Under the pieces are notes generated by a model that saw only the letters and a program-made list of their open reading frames with translations, was not told the origin of the DNA and did no database searches. Below are positions 49,375 to 59,241 of a stretch of DNA of 64,000 bases, piece by piece. How positions within the stretch are numbered: position 1 is the first letter of the stretch; every line of letters starts with the position of its first letter. Both the position numbers and the translations under genes were made by a program. The stretch lies in NCBI RefSeq assembly GCF_000009045.1, contig NC_000964.3, forward strand, positions 1,302,001 to 1,366,000, read 5' to 3'. The DNA is from Bacillus subtilis subsp. subtilis str. 168. GTDB taxonomy: Bacteria > Bacillota > Bacilli > Bacillales > Bacillaceae.

Positions 49375-50691
49375 TCAGCTTGCTTTTCGTTTTTTCATCC
49401 CGTAATAAACAGGCAGTCCGGCAAGGCCGATGAGGATGGATAATCCGCAGCTCATTGTATCTGTAATGAGTGTGCTGCCTAACACAAAGAAGGAGCCCGC
49501 GATTGCCAGAATTGGCATAAATGGATAAAGCGGAACACTGTAGGCGCGCTTTTCTCCCTTTGCTCGCTTGCGGAGAATAAACACTGCAAAAAAGGCCATC
49601 ACATAAAAAATGTAGATCATGAAAATGGAGATTTCTGAGAGCTTATCAGGGTTGCTGATCAGCATCATAATCAAAGCCAAAGCAATTTGAAAAGAAATCG
49701 CAATCCATGGTGTGCGGAACGACGGGTGTACATGTGACAGTTTTTCAGCAAATGGAAGCTGTTTGCGTTCCGCCATTGCAAATGAAACACGCGGGAAAGA
49801 AAGCACCTTTCCATTTAAGCACCCAAAGATGCTGACGATAATCCCTACACTGATCAGCTTTCCGCCAATTGAACCGAACAGCATGGTTGCAGCGGTGCTT
49901 GTCGCATTTTCACCAAGCGTGACAATTTCGTTCGCTGACAGGATGTGAAGCAATGCAAAATTAATGAAAATATAGATCGCCGTTACAATTAATAATCCGC
50001 CCGTCATAGCGCGTGGCAGCAGCTTTTCGGGATTTTTCATTTCTCCGCCGAGAGCGGCAAGGAGAATCCATCCGTCATAAGCAAACAACGTAGCTAAAAT
50101 AGCCGCCCCGAAGTTCATATCAGAAATGCTTTCGTTTACTGCTGTGAAGATGTGCTGATCGCCTTTCCAAAGGCCAAAGACGATGATGCAGGCAATCGGA
50201 ATCAGTTTTCCGATCGTTGTCAGCGTTTGGACAAAACCGCCGTATTTTGTACCGATAATATTAATGACGCATAAAAAGAGAACTGCTATAATTCCAATGA
50301 CTTTTGATAGTCCAGATCCCCAGCCGAAAAGATTCGCCATTAAAGATCCAAAATATAAACCCAGCGCGCCAATAATCGCCGGGCCGTAAATGATAATCTG
50401 CACCCAGCCGCACAAAAATCCCCAAAACTCGCCGTACACTTCTTCAAGGTACGTATAAAGCCCGCCGGTTTTTGGAATCTGCGTTCCGATTTCCGCGATT
50501 GTCAAACCGCCCGCCAGTGTTAAAATACCGCCTAACAGCCAGGCGAAAAGCGCCATTTTTGAATCACCTGAATAAGCAAGCACAGCGCCGGGCTTCATAA
50601 AAACACCAGAACCGATAATGGTTCCGATGACAAGAGTAAGGGCAAACAAGAGGCCTATCTCTTTTTTCAAACCGTTGTCTTCAGTATGCAT
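49375..50691 (-). CDS. steT: APC/LAT-family serine/threonine exchanger
   Basis: GTIIGSG.F, E.GT.IP.TGG.Y.Y, FAYDGW, E.KNP motifs; also called ykbA. Confidence 0.9.
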   Translation of the reverse strand: MHTEDNGLKKEIGLLFALTLVIGTIIGSGVFMKPGAVLAYSGDSKMALFAWLLGGILTLAGGLTIAEIGTQIPKTGGLYTYLEEVYGEFWGFLCGWVQIIIYGPAIIGALGLYFGSLMANLFGWGSGLSKVIGIIAVLFLCVINIIGTKYGGFVQTLTTIGKLIPIACIIVFGLWKGDQHIFTAVNESISDMNFGAAILATLFAYDGWILLAALGGEMKNPEKLLPRAMTGGLLIVTAIYIFINFALLHILSANEIVTLGENATSTAATMLFGSIGGKLISVGIIVSIFGCLNGKVLSFPRVSFAMAERKQLPFAEKLSHVHPSFRTPWIAISFQIALALIMMLISNPDKLSEISIFMIYIFYVMAFFAVFILRKRAKGEKRAYSVPLYPFMPILAIAGSFFVLGSTLITDTMSCGLSILIGLAGLPVYYGMKKRKAS

Positions 50692-51039
50692 GTCCTTAAC
50701 CTCCTATGATGTTGAAGCTTCATGTTGAAGAATCTATTTTTTCATATTGTAAACCCTATTTTAGAAAAGTGAAATAAAATAAATTTTCTGATTTTCGAAA
50801 TTTGCTTTGTGTACAGCAGATAAAACTGTAGAAATACCTGTTTTAATGGTCTATAAACGAATAAAATTCATAATTTTTATTTACAAAGTTCGTGTTTTAT
50901 GTATTAGGATTTTAGCCGGTACAGAGGGGAGATGAGAATTCAGAAAATGAACGAACCTTCGGTGAAGCTGATATGTTGACTTTCTCATGCGAATAAAATA
51001 CTTTGTTATTAGAACAATAAATATACAATTATGATATGA

Positions 51040-51057
51040 TATCTCGAAATCGAGATA
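51040..51057. promoter_or_regulatory. MhqR (MarR-type) operator palindrome
   Basis: TATCTCGAAATCGAGATA palindrome 22 bp upstream of mhqA. Confidence 0.8.
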
Positions 51058-51079
51058 AAATAACCTGGAGGGACAGCAT

Positions 51080-52030
51080 ATGAAAGTTAACGGCATTCAC
51101 CACGTATCGGCATTAACGGCCGACGCACAAAAAAACTTGGATTTCTATAAGAAAGTATTAGGATTAAAGCTCGTCAAAAAATCCGTCAATCAGGATGAAC
51201 CGACAATGTACCATCTGTTCTACGGAGATGAAGTGGCAAACCCGGGAACTGAGCTGACGTTTTTCGAGATTCCCCGCATTGCACCGTTTCATGCGGGAAC
51301 AAACAGTATTTCTTCTATTGGATTGCGCGTTCCAGGCACAGAAGCCCTGCATTACTGGAAAGAACGTTTTGAAGAGCAGCAAGTAACGCACAGCGGCATC
51401 TCCAAAAGAGCCGGACGTGACATATTGGCATTTCAAGATCATGAGGGGCAGCGACTTGTGCTGACTGCTGATGAGGAAGGAAAAGGATATGGCCTGCCTG
51501 TTAAACAGAGCGGCATTCCGGAAGAATTTTCGTTTCGCGGGTTAGGGCCGGTTGAACTGACTGTGCCATATGCTGAACCAACTTTACACGTATTGACGAA
51601 TATTCTTGGATTTACAGAAATCAGCCGTGAACCAGTCGAAGGGCAAGGAACCGCCGTTATTCTGGAATCAGGAGAAGGCGGTGCTGCAACGGAAATCCAT
51701 TTAATAGAAAGAAACGATCTTCCGCGAGAGCGTCAAGGCAAAGGGAGTGTTCACCACGTCGCATTTCGGGTAAGAGATGAAGAAGAACTTGCCGGGTGGC
51801 ACCGGATCATCAGCCGCGAAGGCTTTAGCAATTCAGGCATAGTTGAGCGCTACTATTTCAAGGCGCTGTATTTCAGAGAACCGAACGGCATTTTGTTCGA
51901 GTTATCAACAGACGGACCGGGCTTTATGGTAGATGAAAATCTTGATGAGCTTGGCCAAACGATTGCTCTTCCGCCATATCTAGAGCATCGAAGAGCAGAA
52001 ATTGAAGCAAAATTGAAACCGATCCAATAA
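51080..52030 (+). CDS. mhqA: Ring-cleaving (hydroquinone) dioxygenase, VOC family
   Basis: GIHHVSA, YHLFYG, VHHVAFRV, R.YF.ALYFREP.GILFE motifs. Confidence 0.9.
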   Translation: MKVNGIHHVSALTADAQKNLDFYKKVLGLKLVKKSVNQDEPTMYHLFYGDEVANPGTELTFFEIPRIAPFHAGTNSISSIGLRVPGTEALHYWKERFEEQQVTHSGISKRAGRDILAFQDHEGQRLVLTADEEGKGYGLPVKQSGIPEEFSFRGLGPVELTVPYAEPTLHVLTNILGFTEISREPVEGQGTAVILESGEGGAATEIHLIERNDLPRERQGKGSVHHVAFRVRDEEELAGWHRIISREGFSNSGIVERYYFKALYFREPNGILFELSTDGPGFMVDENLDELGQTIALPPYLEHRRAEIEAKLKPIQ

Positions 52031-52044
52031 ATTGTGATTCTTTT

Positions 52045-52074
52045 GCCTTCCGGCGCCGCCGGAGGGCTTTTTTT
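52045..52074 (+). terminator. Terminator of mhqA
   Basis: GCCTTCCGG/CCGGAGGGC plus T7. Confidence 0.8.
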
Positions 52075-52213
52075 ATTACCATAATTAATTTTGACCTAAA
52101 CAGCATGCCTTATTAGGGAGGAAATATCAGATGCTGATTGGGAGAAATGGCTTAAAACCCTTTGCAAATATGGGTGATTGGTATGGAATGGCCTCGGCAA
52201 AAATATTGTCTTT

Positions 52214-52250
52214 GTTTATTAATAGTTTATTCATATTTGCTTGTTACACT
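52214..52250 (+). promoter_or_regulatory. 11-bp direct repeat (OmpR/PhoB-type box) and -10 element upstream of ykcB
   Basis: GTTTATTAATA and GTTTATTCATA in tandem, TACACT at 52245-52250. Confidence 0.5.
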
Positions 52251-52284
52251 ATTTCAAAGTTAGACAAAAAGGAGTGAAAAATAA

Positions 52285-54435
52285 GTGGAAAAGAAAAAAC
52301 GCGAGCTGGATATCGTCCTCCTCCTCATTTTGCTCGCATCTGCATTCTTAAATATCTATAACATTTGGAAGGACGACACGGTGAATCCTTATTACACCGC
52401 GGCAGTTACAAGTATGATGCAAAGCTTTCATAATTTCTTTTATGCTTCGTTCGATGCTGCCGGCTTTATAACAGTAGATAAACCGCCTGTTACATACCAA
52501 ATCCAAACGATCAGCGCACTGATATTCGGTATGCACGGCTGGAGCGTCATCCTGCCTCAGGCACTTGCTGGTGTAGGTTCTGTCCTTCTTATGTACTTGC
52601 TGATAAAGCCGACATTTGGAAAAACGGCGGCGCGTATTGCCTCATTTGTTATGGCATGTACGCCGATAGCTGTAGCTGTAGCACGTACAAACAATGTTGA
52701 TGCATTACTGGTATTTTTCTTATTGCTTGCTACATGGCTTCTCTTTAAAGCGATCAGAAAAGGAAAGCTGATCTGGCTGTTAGCAGCATTTTTCGTTGTT
52801 GGAGTAGGTTTTAATACAAAAATGCTGCAGGCTTACATGATTTTACCGGCTTTCTTATTGTTCTATCTGATTGCGGCAAACGCCACAATCAAGAAAAAAA
52901 TCGTTTCATTGGTAAGTGCGTTAGCCGTATTAGCAGCCGTTTCGTTATCGTGGCCGCTCATTGTTGACAATATCCCTGCAAGCAAGCGGCCTTATATCGG
53001 AAGCAGCCAAACCAACTCTGTTTTGGAATTGGCTTTCGGCTATAACGGAATCCAGCGGCTGACAGGCCAAAATTCAGGCGGCGGCCAGGGTGCGCCAAAC
53101 AAAGACGCTTCAAAAGAAATGTCTTCTTCTGATAACACTCAAGCACCGCCTAATCAGTCATCAAGCAACAGCTCATCAAGCGATGGTAAATCCTCAAATG
53201 GCAATATGGCGGCGCCTCCATCCAATGGCCAAATGCCAAGCGGCGGTCAAGGAGGCCCTCCAAGCGGCGGAGATGGCGGCCAAGGCGGACCCGGCGGAGA
53301 CGGAGGGAAAGGCGGTACAGGAACCGGTTCGAAAATGCAATCAGGTTCAGGGATGTTTGGAACGGGAACACCTGGTCCACTGCGGCTTTTCCAACAAGAG
53401 TTATCTGATCAAATCAGCTGGCTTCTGCCATTTGCGATATTTGGAATCGCAGGCTTACTGATCGCTGGCGCAAGAGAAAGAAGAAGATTATCTGTAGAGC
53501 AGAAGGAAACGGTGTTCTGGGTTGCGTGGCTTGTACCGATTGCCGGATTCTTCAGTGTCGCAGAATTTTTCCATCATTATTATCTCATCATGCTGGCACC
53601 GCCGATTGCGGCTCTTGTCGGTGCGGGGTGGGTCGCTCTTGTTCATCTGTACCGCAATCAGACAGGCTGGAAAGCATGGCTTTTGCCGGGAGCAATTATT
53701 GCGACAACTGGATTTGAATTGTTTATTCTCAGAAACTACAACGATCAAATCGGTGTTGGATGGAGTATCGGGGTAGGTGTTATCGGCGTGTTGTCAGCGA
53801 TTGCTTTGCTGCTGTTTAAACAGCGCCAAAAACCGTTCAGTTATTATGTTTCACTTGCAGCTCTCCTCGCATTGCTGGTGATGCCGATGTATTGGGCAAG
53901 TACACCGCTTCTGTACGGAGGCAACAGCTCACTGCCTGAAACAGGCCCTCAACTCGCATCAATGAGCGGAAAAGGCATGGGAATGTCTGATGCGACTGTA
54001 AATGAAAAACTGATCAAATATCTAGAGGAGAATAACTCCGGAGCTGAATACCTATTCGCCACAACCGATTCGAACACAGCGGCACCATATATCATTAAAA
54101 CGAAAAAAGCTGTCATGGCTATTGGTGGATACAGCGGTTCTGACCCGGCAATCACACTGACTCAATTCAAAAAACTTGTAAAAGAAGGAAAAGTGAAATA
54201 CTTCTTGGCTTCTGGAATGGGAAGAGGCGGAAACAATGACATTGTTGAATGGGTTGAGAAAAATGGAAAAGAAGTAGCATCAGAAAAATGGCAATCAAGT
54301 TCTGATCAAAAAACAGAAAATACTGATTCAGCTGATACATCAAGCAGCAAGGCTTCAGGTGAAAACGGCAAAATGGGCGGACCTGGCGGAATGAATCAGT
54401 CAGCAACATTATACGAACTACATGCTGATGAATAG
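52285..54435 (+). CDS. ykcB: GT-C (ArnT/PMT-like) membrane glycosyltransferase
   Basis: N.YY.AAV, D.....VDKPP, RTNNVD motifs; many TM segments; Gly/Ser-rich inserts. Confidence 0.85.
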   Translation: MEKKKRELDIVLLLILLASAFLNIYNIWKDDTVNPYYTAAVTSMMQSFHNFFYASFDAAGFITVDKPPVTYQIQTISALIFGMHGWSVILPQALAGVGSVLLMYLLIKPTFGKTAARIASFVMACTPIAVAVARTNNVDALLVFFLLLATWLLFKAIRKGKLIWLLAAFFVVGVGFNTKMLQAYMILPAFLLFYLIAANATIKKKIVSLVSALAVLAAVSLSWPLIVDNIPASKRPYIGSSQTNSVLELAFGYNGIQRLTGQNSGGGQGAPNKDASKEMSSSDNTQAPPNQSSSNSSSSDGKSSNGNMAAPPSNGQMPSGGQGGPPSGGDGGQGGPGGDGGKGGTGTGSKMQSGSGMFGTGTPGPLRLFQQELSDQISWLLPFAIFGIAGLLIAGARERRRLSVEQKETVFWVAWLVPIAGFFSVAEFFHHYYLIMLAPPIAALVGAGWVALVHLYRNQTGWKAWLLPGAIIATTGFELFILRNYNDQIGVGWSIGVGVIGVLSAIALLLFKQRQKPFSYYVSLAALLALLVMPMYWASTPLLYGGNSSLPETGPQLASMSGKGMGMSDATVNEKLIKYLEENNSGAEYLFATTDSNTAAPYIIKTKKAVMAIGGYSGSDPAITLTQFKKLVKEGKVKYFLASGMGRGGNNDIVEWVEKNGKEVASEKWQSSSDQKTENTDSADTSSSKASGENGKMGGPGGMNQSATLYELHADE

Positions 54436-54446
54436 GAGGCAAAAAC

Positions 54447-55418
54447 ATGAGCAGACATATTCAATATTCAATTGTTGTACCTGTGTATAATGAAGAGCTT
54501 GTCATTCATGAAACCTATCAGCGCTTAAAAGAGGTCATGGATCAAACGAAGGAAAACTACGAGCTGCTTTTTGTCAACGATGGCAGCAAAGACCGCAGTA
54601 TTGAGATTTTAAGAGAGCACAGCCTGATCGATCCGAGAGTGAAAATTATTGATTTTTCAAGGAATTTTGGACATCAGATCGCCATTACGGCAGGTATGGA
54701 TTATGCACAGGGGAATGCAATCGTCGTCATTGACGCCGATTTGCAGGACCCTCCTGAACTGATTTTAGAAATGATTGAAAAGTGGAAGGAAGGCTATGAA
54801 GTCGTGTACGCCGTACGGACTAAACGAAAAGGGGAAACCTTTTTCAAAAAACAAACCGCGGCTATGTTTTACCGGCTTCTCAGCGGTATGACAGATATTG
54901 ATATCCCGATTGATACGGGGGATTTTCGCCTCATGGACAGAAAAGTCTGTGATGAAATGAAGAGATTAAAAGAAAAAAATCCATTTGTAAGAGGGCTAGT
55001 CAGCTGGGTGGGTTTCAAACAGACAGCGGTCGAGTATGTACGTGATGAAAGGCTCGCCGGAGAAACAAAGTACCCGCTCAAGAAAATGCTGAAGCTGTCA
55101 ATGGACGGCATCACGACATTTTCACATAAACCGCTGAAGCTGGCAAGCTATGCGGGGATTTTAATGTCAGGTACTGGATTTCTGTATATGTTTATCGTGC
55201 TGTATCTGAAGCTATTCACAGACAGCACGATTACCGGCTGGTCATCACTTATTGTGATCCAGCTCCTGTTCAGCGGCATTGTCCTTCTGATTTTGGGCGT
55301 GATTGGCGAATATATCGGCAGAATCTACGATGAAGCCAAAGACAGGCCGCTTTACATCGTCCAAAAATCGTATGGAATTGAAAATAAAAGACTCTATAGA
55401 GACCAGCATATGTCATAA
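54447..55418 (+). CDS. ykcC: GT2 GtrB-like bactoprenol glycosyltransferase
   Basis: PVYNEE, NDGS.D, SRNFG.Q.A, DADLQDPP motifs; two C-terminal TM helices. Confidence 0.9.
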   Translation: MSRHIQYSIVVPVYNEELVIHETYQRLKEVMDQTKENYELLFVNDGSKDRSIEILREHSLIDPRVKIIDFSRNFGHQIAITAGMDYAQGNAIVVIDADLQDPPELILEMIEKWKEGYEVVYAVRTKRKGETFFKKQTAAMFYRLLSGMTDIDIPIDTGDFRLMDRKVCDEMKRLKEKNPFVRGLVSWVGFKQTAVEYVRDERLAGETKYPLKKMLKLSMDGITTFSHKPLKLASYAGILMSGTGFLYMFIVLYLKLFTDSTITGWSSLIVIQLLFSGIVLLILGVIGEYIGRIYDEAKDRPLYIVQKSYGIENKRLYRDQHMS

Positions 55419-55422
55419 CCTC

Positions 55423-55455
55423 AAACCCCCTGTCCGTAATGGACAGGGGGTTTTT
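55423..55455. terminator. Terminator after ykcC
   Basis: AAACCCCCTGTCC/GGACAGGGGGTTTTT. Confidence 0.85.
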
Positions 55456-55601
55456 ATGCTCTGAGCACGATCTAAAGCAAAAGATGCTGATAGATATATG
55501 GAAATTGGGTAAAGAAGAGATTGTGAGCTTGTACTGCGGTTCAGTCATGCTGAAATAAAAACAGCAAAACTTAAAGATTTCGTCCTCGGCTTTGCTGCAT
55601 G

Positions 55602-55778
55602 TCAGCTGTTATATTGGGGGGCTTTTAAGAAACGCATGATTAGAGCCGTACCAGTTATGTTTAATAGAATACTCGTACCCAATACAATTCCCCACGTCAA
55701 CGTCGATTCAGAGAGAAGAAAGCTCAGCAAAAGAAAAGCCAATCCTGCGCAGATCATACCCAGTCCCACGGTTTTCAT
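55602..55778 (-). CDS. Small two-TM membrane protein, 58 aa
   Basis: GGAGG 7 nt before the ATG at 55778; two hydrophobic helices; ECF promoter upstream. Confidence 0.6.
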   Translation of the reverse strand: MKTVGLGMICAGLAFLLLSFLLSESTLTWGIVLGTSILLNITGTALIMRFLKAPQYNS

Positions 55779-55840
55779 GTTCATGCCTCCTAGCAAACGA
55801 TGTTTCTAGCATCTGATGTGAATGATGTCAATCTGTATGA

Positions 55841-55868
55841 TATACGGATATCTCGTCAGAAAGTTTCA
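55841..55868 (-). promoter_or_regulatory. SigW-type promoter driving the small membrane-protein ORF
   Basis: Minus strand TGAAAC-N16-CGTATA. Confidence 0.75.
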
Positions 55869-55893
55869 TAGAACAATTAGGTCTTTTATCTAA

Positions 55894-55928
55894 TAAAAAG
55901 CCTCAGACCGCTTTTACGGCCTGAGGCA
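55894..55928 (-). terminator. Terminator of htrA
   Basis: Minus strand GCCTCAGGCCG-loop-CGGTCTGAGGC plus T5. Confidence 0.8.
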
Positions 55929-55935
55929 TTATGTC

Positions 55936-57285
55936 TTACGAAGTTTTCTCTTCTTTTTGATCCAGTTTAATTTTTTTCGTCATTTCTTTGCCGTTTCGGA
56001 GAATTTTCACTTCAACGGTATCACCGATCTTTGCGTCTTTATATAAGATATTGCGCAATTCACTGCCTGTATCAATTTCTTTACCTTTTAGGCCGATGAT
56101 AATATCCTCCGCTTTTAATCCGGCCTTTTCAGCAGGAGAGCCTGAAGCGACCTCACGGATGTAAACGCCTTTATTCAGCTGGCTGCCGAACAGGCCGAGT
56201 GTGCCTTCTTGGTAATTTTGCGGCACTTGCTCTAGATCAAGCATGCTGACACCGATATATGGACGTTCAATTTGTCCTTTAGACAGCAATTCTTCAGCAA
56301 TCGGTTTTACGTCATTGCTTGGAATGGCGAATCCGATACCCTCAACATCATCCTCACTGATTTTCATACTGTTAATGCCGACAATTTTGCCGTCTGTATT
56401 TAACAAAGGACCGCCGCTGTTACCTGGATTAATTGCTGCGTCTGTCTGAATGACGTTAATGCTCGTTTCGCCGGCTGATGTAGACATTGAAACCGTTCTG
56501 TCCACGCCGCTTACAATTCCTTGTGTTACTGTGCGGGACAGGTCTTTTCCAAGCGGATCCCCAATCGCAATAACGGTCTCGCCTGTTCTAAGATCAGATG
56601 AATCACCGAAGTTTGCCACTTTTGTGACGTGGTCATCACTGATTTGGAGGACGGCTAAATCAGTTAACGAGTCACTGCCTACCAGCTTTGCAGTAACCTC
56701 AGTGCCGTCATATAAAGATACCTTCAGTGATGATGCCCCTTCTACGACGTGGTTATTTGTAATGATATAAGCCTTGCCATTCTCTTTTTTGAAAATGACA
56801 CCTGACCCTGAACCGCTTTCTGTATCTTCGCTGGAATCAGAAGAACTAGAGCCGAACAAAGAGCTGTTTGATTGTGCCTGAAGATTTGTAATACCGACAA
56901 TCGCTGGTGAAAGGTCTTCTACCATATCTGAGATTTTAGAAGAGTCCTCGCTCTTGAATGCAGATGAGCTGCTTGAGCTTTTTTTAGATTCAGAGGAGGT
57001 GCTTGTTGCTGTAACAGATTGCGTTTGCTGCTGGCTGGATGATTGTTTTGCAGTGTCCTGAGAATCATGGTCACCAAGCGGTGTAAACGTGTAAATGCCA
57101 AGAGCAAGACTGCCGCCGATCACTCCGCCAAGCAACGGTCTGAACCATCCGAATCCTCGTTTTTTCTTCTCCTGATCATGAATGACATTGCGGGCCGAGT
57201 AGGAGGCGCTCTGATCGTTCTCTTTCGTTAAAAAGACCTCATTCTCATTACCTTTCGTTCTGTTTTCATCACGATAGTTATCCAT
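55936..57285 (-). CDS. htrA: Membrane-anchored HtrA serine protease, 449 aa
   Basis: TNNHVV, DLAV, IQTDAAINPGNSGGPL, C-terminal PDZ domain. Confidence 0.96.
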   Translation of the reverse strand: MDNYRDENRTKGNENEVFLTKENDQSASYSARNVIHDQEKKKRGFGWFRPLLGGVIGGSLALGIYTFTPLGDHDSQDTAKQSSSQQQTQSVTATSTSSESKKSSSSSSAFKSEDSSKISDMVEDLSPAIVGITNLQAQSNSSLFGSSSSDSSEDTESGSGSGVIFKKENGKAYIITNNHVVEGASSLKVSLYDGTEVTAKLVGSDSLTDLAVLQISDDHVTKVANFGDSSDLRTGETVIAIGDPLGKDLSRTVTQGIVSGVDRTVSMSTSAGETSINVIQTDAAINPGNSGGPLLNTDGKIVGINSMKISEDDVEGIGFAIPSNDVKPIAEELLSKGQIERPYIGVSMLDLEQVPQNYQEGTLGLFGSQLNKGVYIREVASGSPAEKAGLKAEDIIIGLKGKEIDTGSELRNILYKDAKIGDTVEVKILRNGKEMTKKIKLDQKEEKTS

Positions 57286-57453
57286 CATGTTCACTCCGTT
57301 TCTCTATTTTCACATGTCTATTTATATTGATAGGTTTATGACTTGAGTTTATCATAAACAAAAACTGTGGGATAAAAATGAAAAGATTATGGGAAATTGT
57401 GAAAAAGTGCGGAAAACGGTACACTTCATATTGTATATGAAAGGACTGAGTCG

Positions 57454-58272
57454 ATGGAACAGATTGGATTGATTGGATATGGCAGCATGGCGGATATGAT
57501 CGCTAGACAGCTGTTGAAACATGAACAAATAAAAGAGAATGAGCTATTTATTGAGACGAGAACGAAGGGGGAGCGGCTGCGGGCACTCATGTCAGATTAT
57601 CCAAACGTATCGGCTGATCCGTTGGAGAATTGGGCAAATACGTGCCAATTGATTTTGATATGCGTCCCGCCACTCCATGTCATCGAAACAATGCGCCGTC
57701 TGTACCCGTATGTGAACAGAAATACTCACATCGTATCCATAGCTGCCGGTGTGCCGCTGCGTCTTTTGGAGGCAGAAACAGAAGCCGGTATCTCACGTGT
57801 TATTCCTGCCATTACGTCCGAAGCAGAAGCCGGCATCTCACTTGTCGTTCACAGTGAAGCACTGGCTGCAGAGAAAAAAGAACGTCTGAATGAATTGTTA
57901 TCGGTTTTCAGCCGTGTACGGGAAATCAAAGAATCGAATTTAGATGTGGCCAGCAATTTAACGAGCTCGGCACCGGGATTCATAGCTGCAATCTTTGAAG
58001 AACTGGCACTGTCTGCCGTCAGAAACAGCAGCCTGTCCAAAGAAGAAGCCTTTGATTTTCTGATTCATTCGCTATACGGAACTGGCAAGATGCTGATCGA
58101 AAAAAATATGTCTTTCGAGGAGACGCTGGAACGTGTTGCAACCAAAGGCGGAATAACGGGAGAGGGAGCTGAGGTGATACACGCCTCTGTGCCGGACGTT
58201 TTTGATGAGGTATTTGAAAGAACCCTGAGAAAATATGAACTGCTTACAGAACAGGTTGGTAAACAAACATGA
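57454..58272 (+). CDS. proG: Pyrroline-5-carboxylate reductase family
   Basis: IG.G.M, SIAAGV, VATKGGIT motifs. Confidence 0.88.
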   Translation: MEQIGLIGYGSMADMIARQLLKHEQIKENELFIETRTKGERLRALMSDYPNVSADPLENWANTCQLILICVPPLHVIETMRRLYPYVNRNTHIVSIAAGVPLRLLEAETEAGISRVIPAITSEAEAGISLVVHSEALAAEKKERLNELLSVFSRVREIKESNLDVASNLTSSAPGFIAAIFEELALSAVRNSSLSKEEAFDFLIHSLYGTGKMLIEKNMSFEETLERVATKGGITGEGAEVIHASVPDVFDEVFERTLRKYELLTEQVGKQT

Positions 58273-58297
58273 ATCCTTGAAAGAGGATTCTTTTTTT
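58271..58297 (+). terminator. Terminator of proG
   Basis: AATCCT/AGGATT plus T7. Confidence 0.65.
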
Positions 58298-58357
58298 ATC
58301 ACTGAATGATTGAGATTTTTCCCAGTTATATTGCATTTTTCCTCTTTTTTTAATATA

Positions 58358-58372
58358 ATTTGTTAGAATATT
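58358..58372 (+). promoter_or_regulatory. CodY box at the dpp promoter
   Basis: ATTTGTTAGAATATT resembles AATTTTCWGAAAATT; dpp is an established CodY target. Confidence 0.65.
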
Positions 58373-58400
58373 CATAATTTAGTAAAAAAGGAGGAGCGTT

Positions 58401-59225
58401 ATGAAATTGTACATGTCAGTAGATATGGAAGGTATTTCGGGTCTTCCGGACGATACCTTTGTGGATTCCGGCAAGCGGAATTATGAACGCGGACGGCTTA
58501 TCATGACTGAAGAAGCAAACTACTGTATTGCTGAAGCGTTTAACAGCGGGTGTACCGAGGTGCTGGTCAATGACAGTCATTCGAAGATGAATAATCTGAT
58601 GGTTGAAAAGCTTCACCCTGAAGCAGACTTGATTTCTGGTGACGTCAAACCATTTTCAATGGTGGAGGGACTGGATGATACGTTTAGAGGCGCTTTGTTT
58701 CTCGGTTATCATGCGAGAGCCTCGACTCCTGGTGTCATGTCACACAGCATGATTTTCGGCGTCCGTCATTTTTACATAAACGATCGGCCTGTCGGTGAGC
58801 TTGGATTAAATGCATACGTTGCCGGTTATTATGATGTCCCGGTATTAATGGTAGCCGGGGATGACCGGGCGGCGAAGGAAGCAGAAGAGCTTATCCCGAA
58901 CGTGACGACAGCCGCAGTCAAACAAACCATTTCAAGATCCGCAGTGAAGTGCTTGTCGCCTGCGAAAGCCGGACGGCTGTTGACAGAAAAAACCGCATTT
59001 GCCCTGCAAAACAAGGACAAAGTCAAGCCGCTCACACCGCCTGACAGGCCAGTTCTGAGCATTGAATTCGCCAATTATGGCCAAGCAGAATGGGCGAATC
59101 TGATGCCGGGAACGGAAATCAAGACGGGAACTACAACCGTTCAATTTCAGGCGAAGGACATGCTTGAAGCCTATCAGGCGATGCTTGTCATGACTGAGCT
59201 TGCGATGCGGACATCATTCTGCTAA
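58401..59225 (+). CDS. dppA: D-aminopeptidase (M55 family)
   Basis: SVDMEG, DSH, GYHA and H motifs. Confidence 0.95.
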   Translation: MKLYMSVDMEGISGLPDDTFVDSGKRNYERGRLIMTEEANYCIAEAFNSGCTEVLVNDSHSKMNNLMVEKLHPEADLISGDVKPFSMVEGLDDTFRGALFLGYHARASTPGVMSHSMIFGVRHFYINDRPVGELGLNAYVAGYYDVPVLMVAGDDRAAKEAEELIPNVTTAAVKQTISRSAVKCLSPAKAGRLLTEKTAFALQNKDKVKPLTPPDRPVLSIEFANYGQAEWANLMPGTEIKTGTTTVQFQAKDMLEAYQAMLVMTELAMRTSFC

Positions 59226-59241
59226 AGGGGTGTTTTAGGCT

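Noticed and set aside
50932-50979. 15-codon ORF in the steT-mhqA intergenic region
   Set aside because: The purine-rich tract abuts the ATG with no spacing; the peptide is unremarkable and the region is explained by divergent promoters
57300-57450. Degenerate TTTTCACA-like repeats upstream of htrA (possible CssR sites)
   Set aside because: Plausible from known regulation, but I could not delimit the sites with confidence
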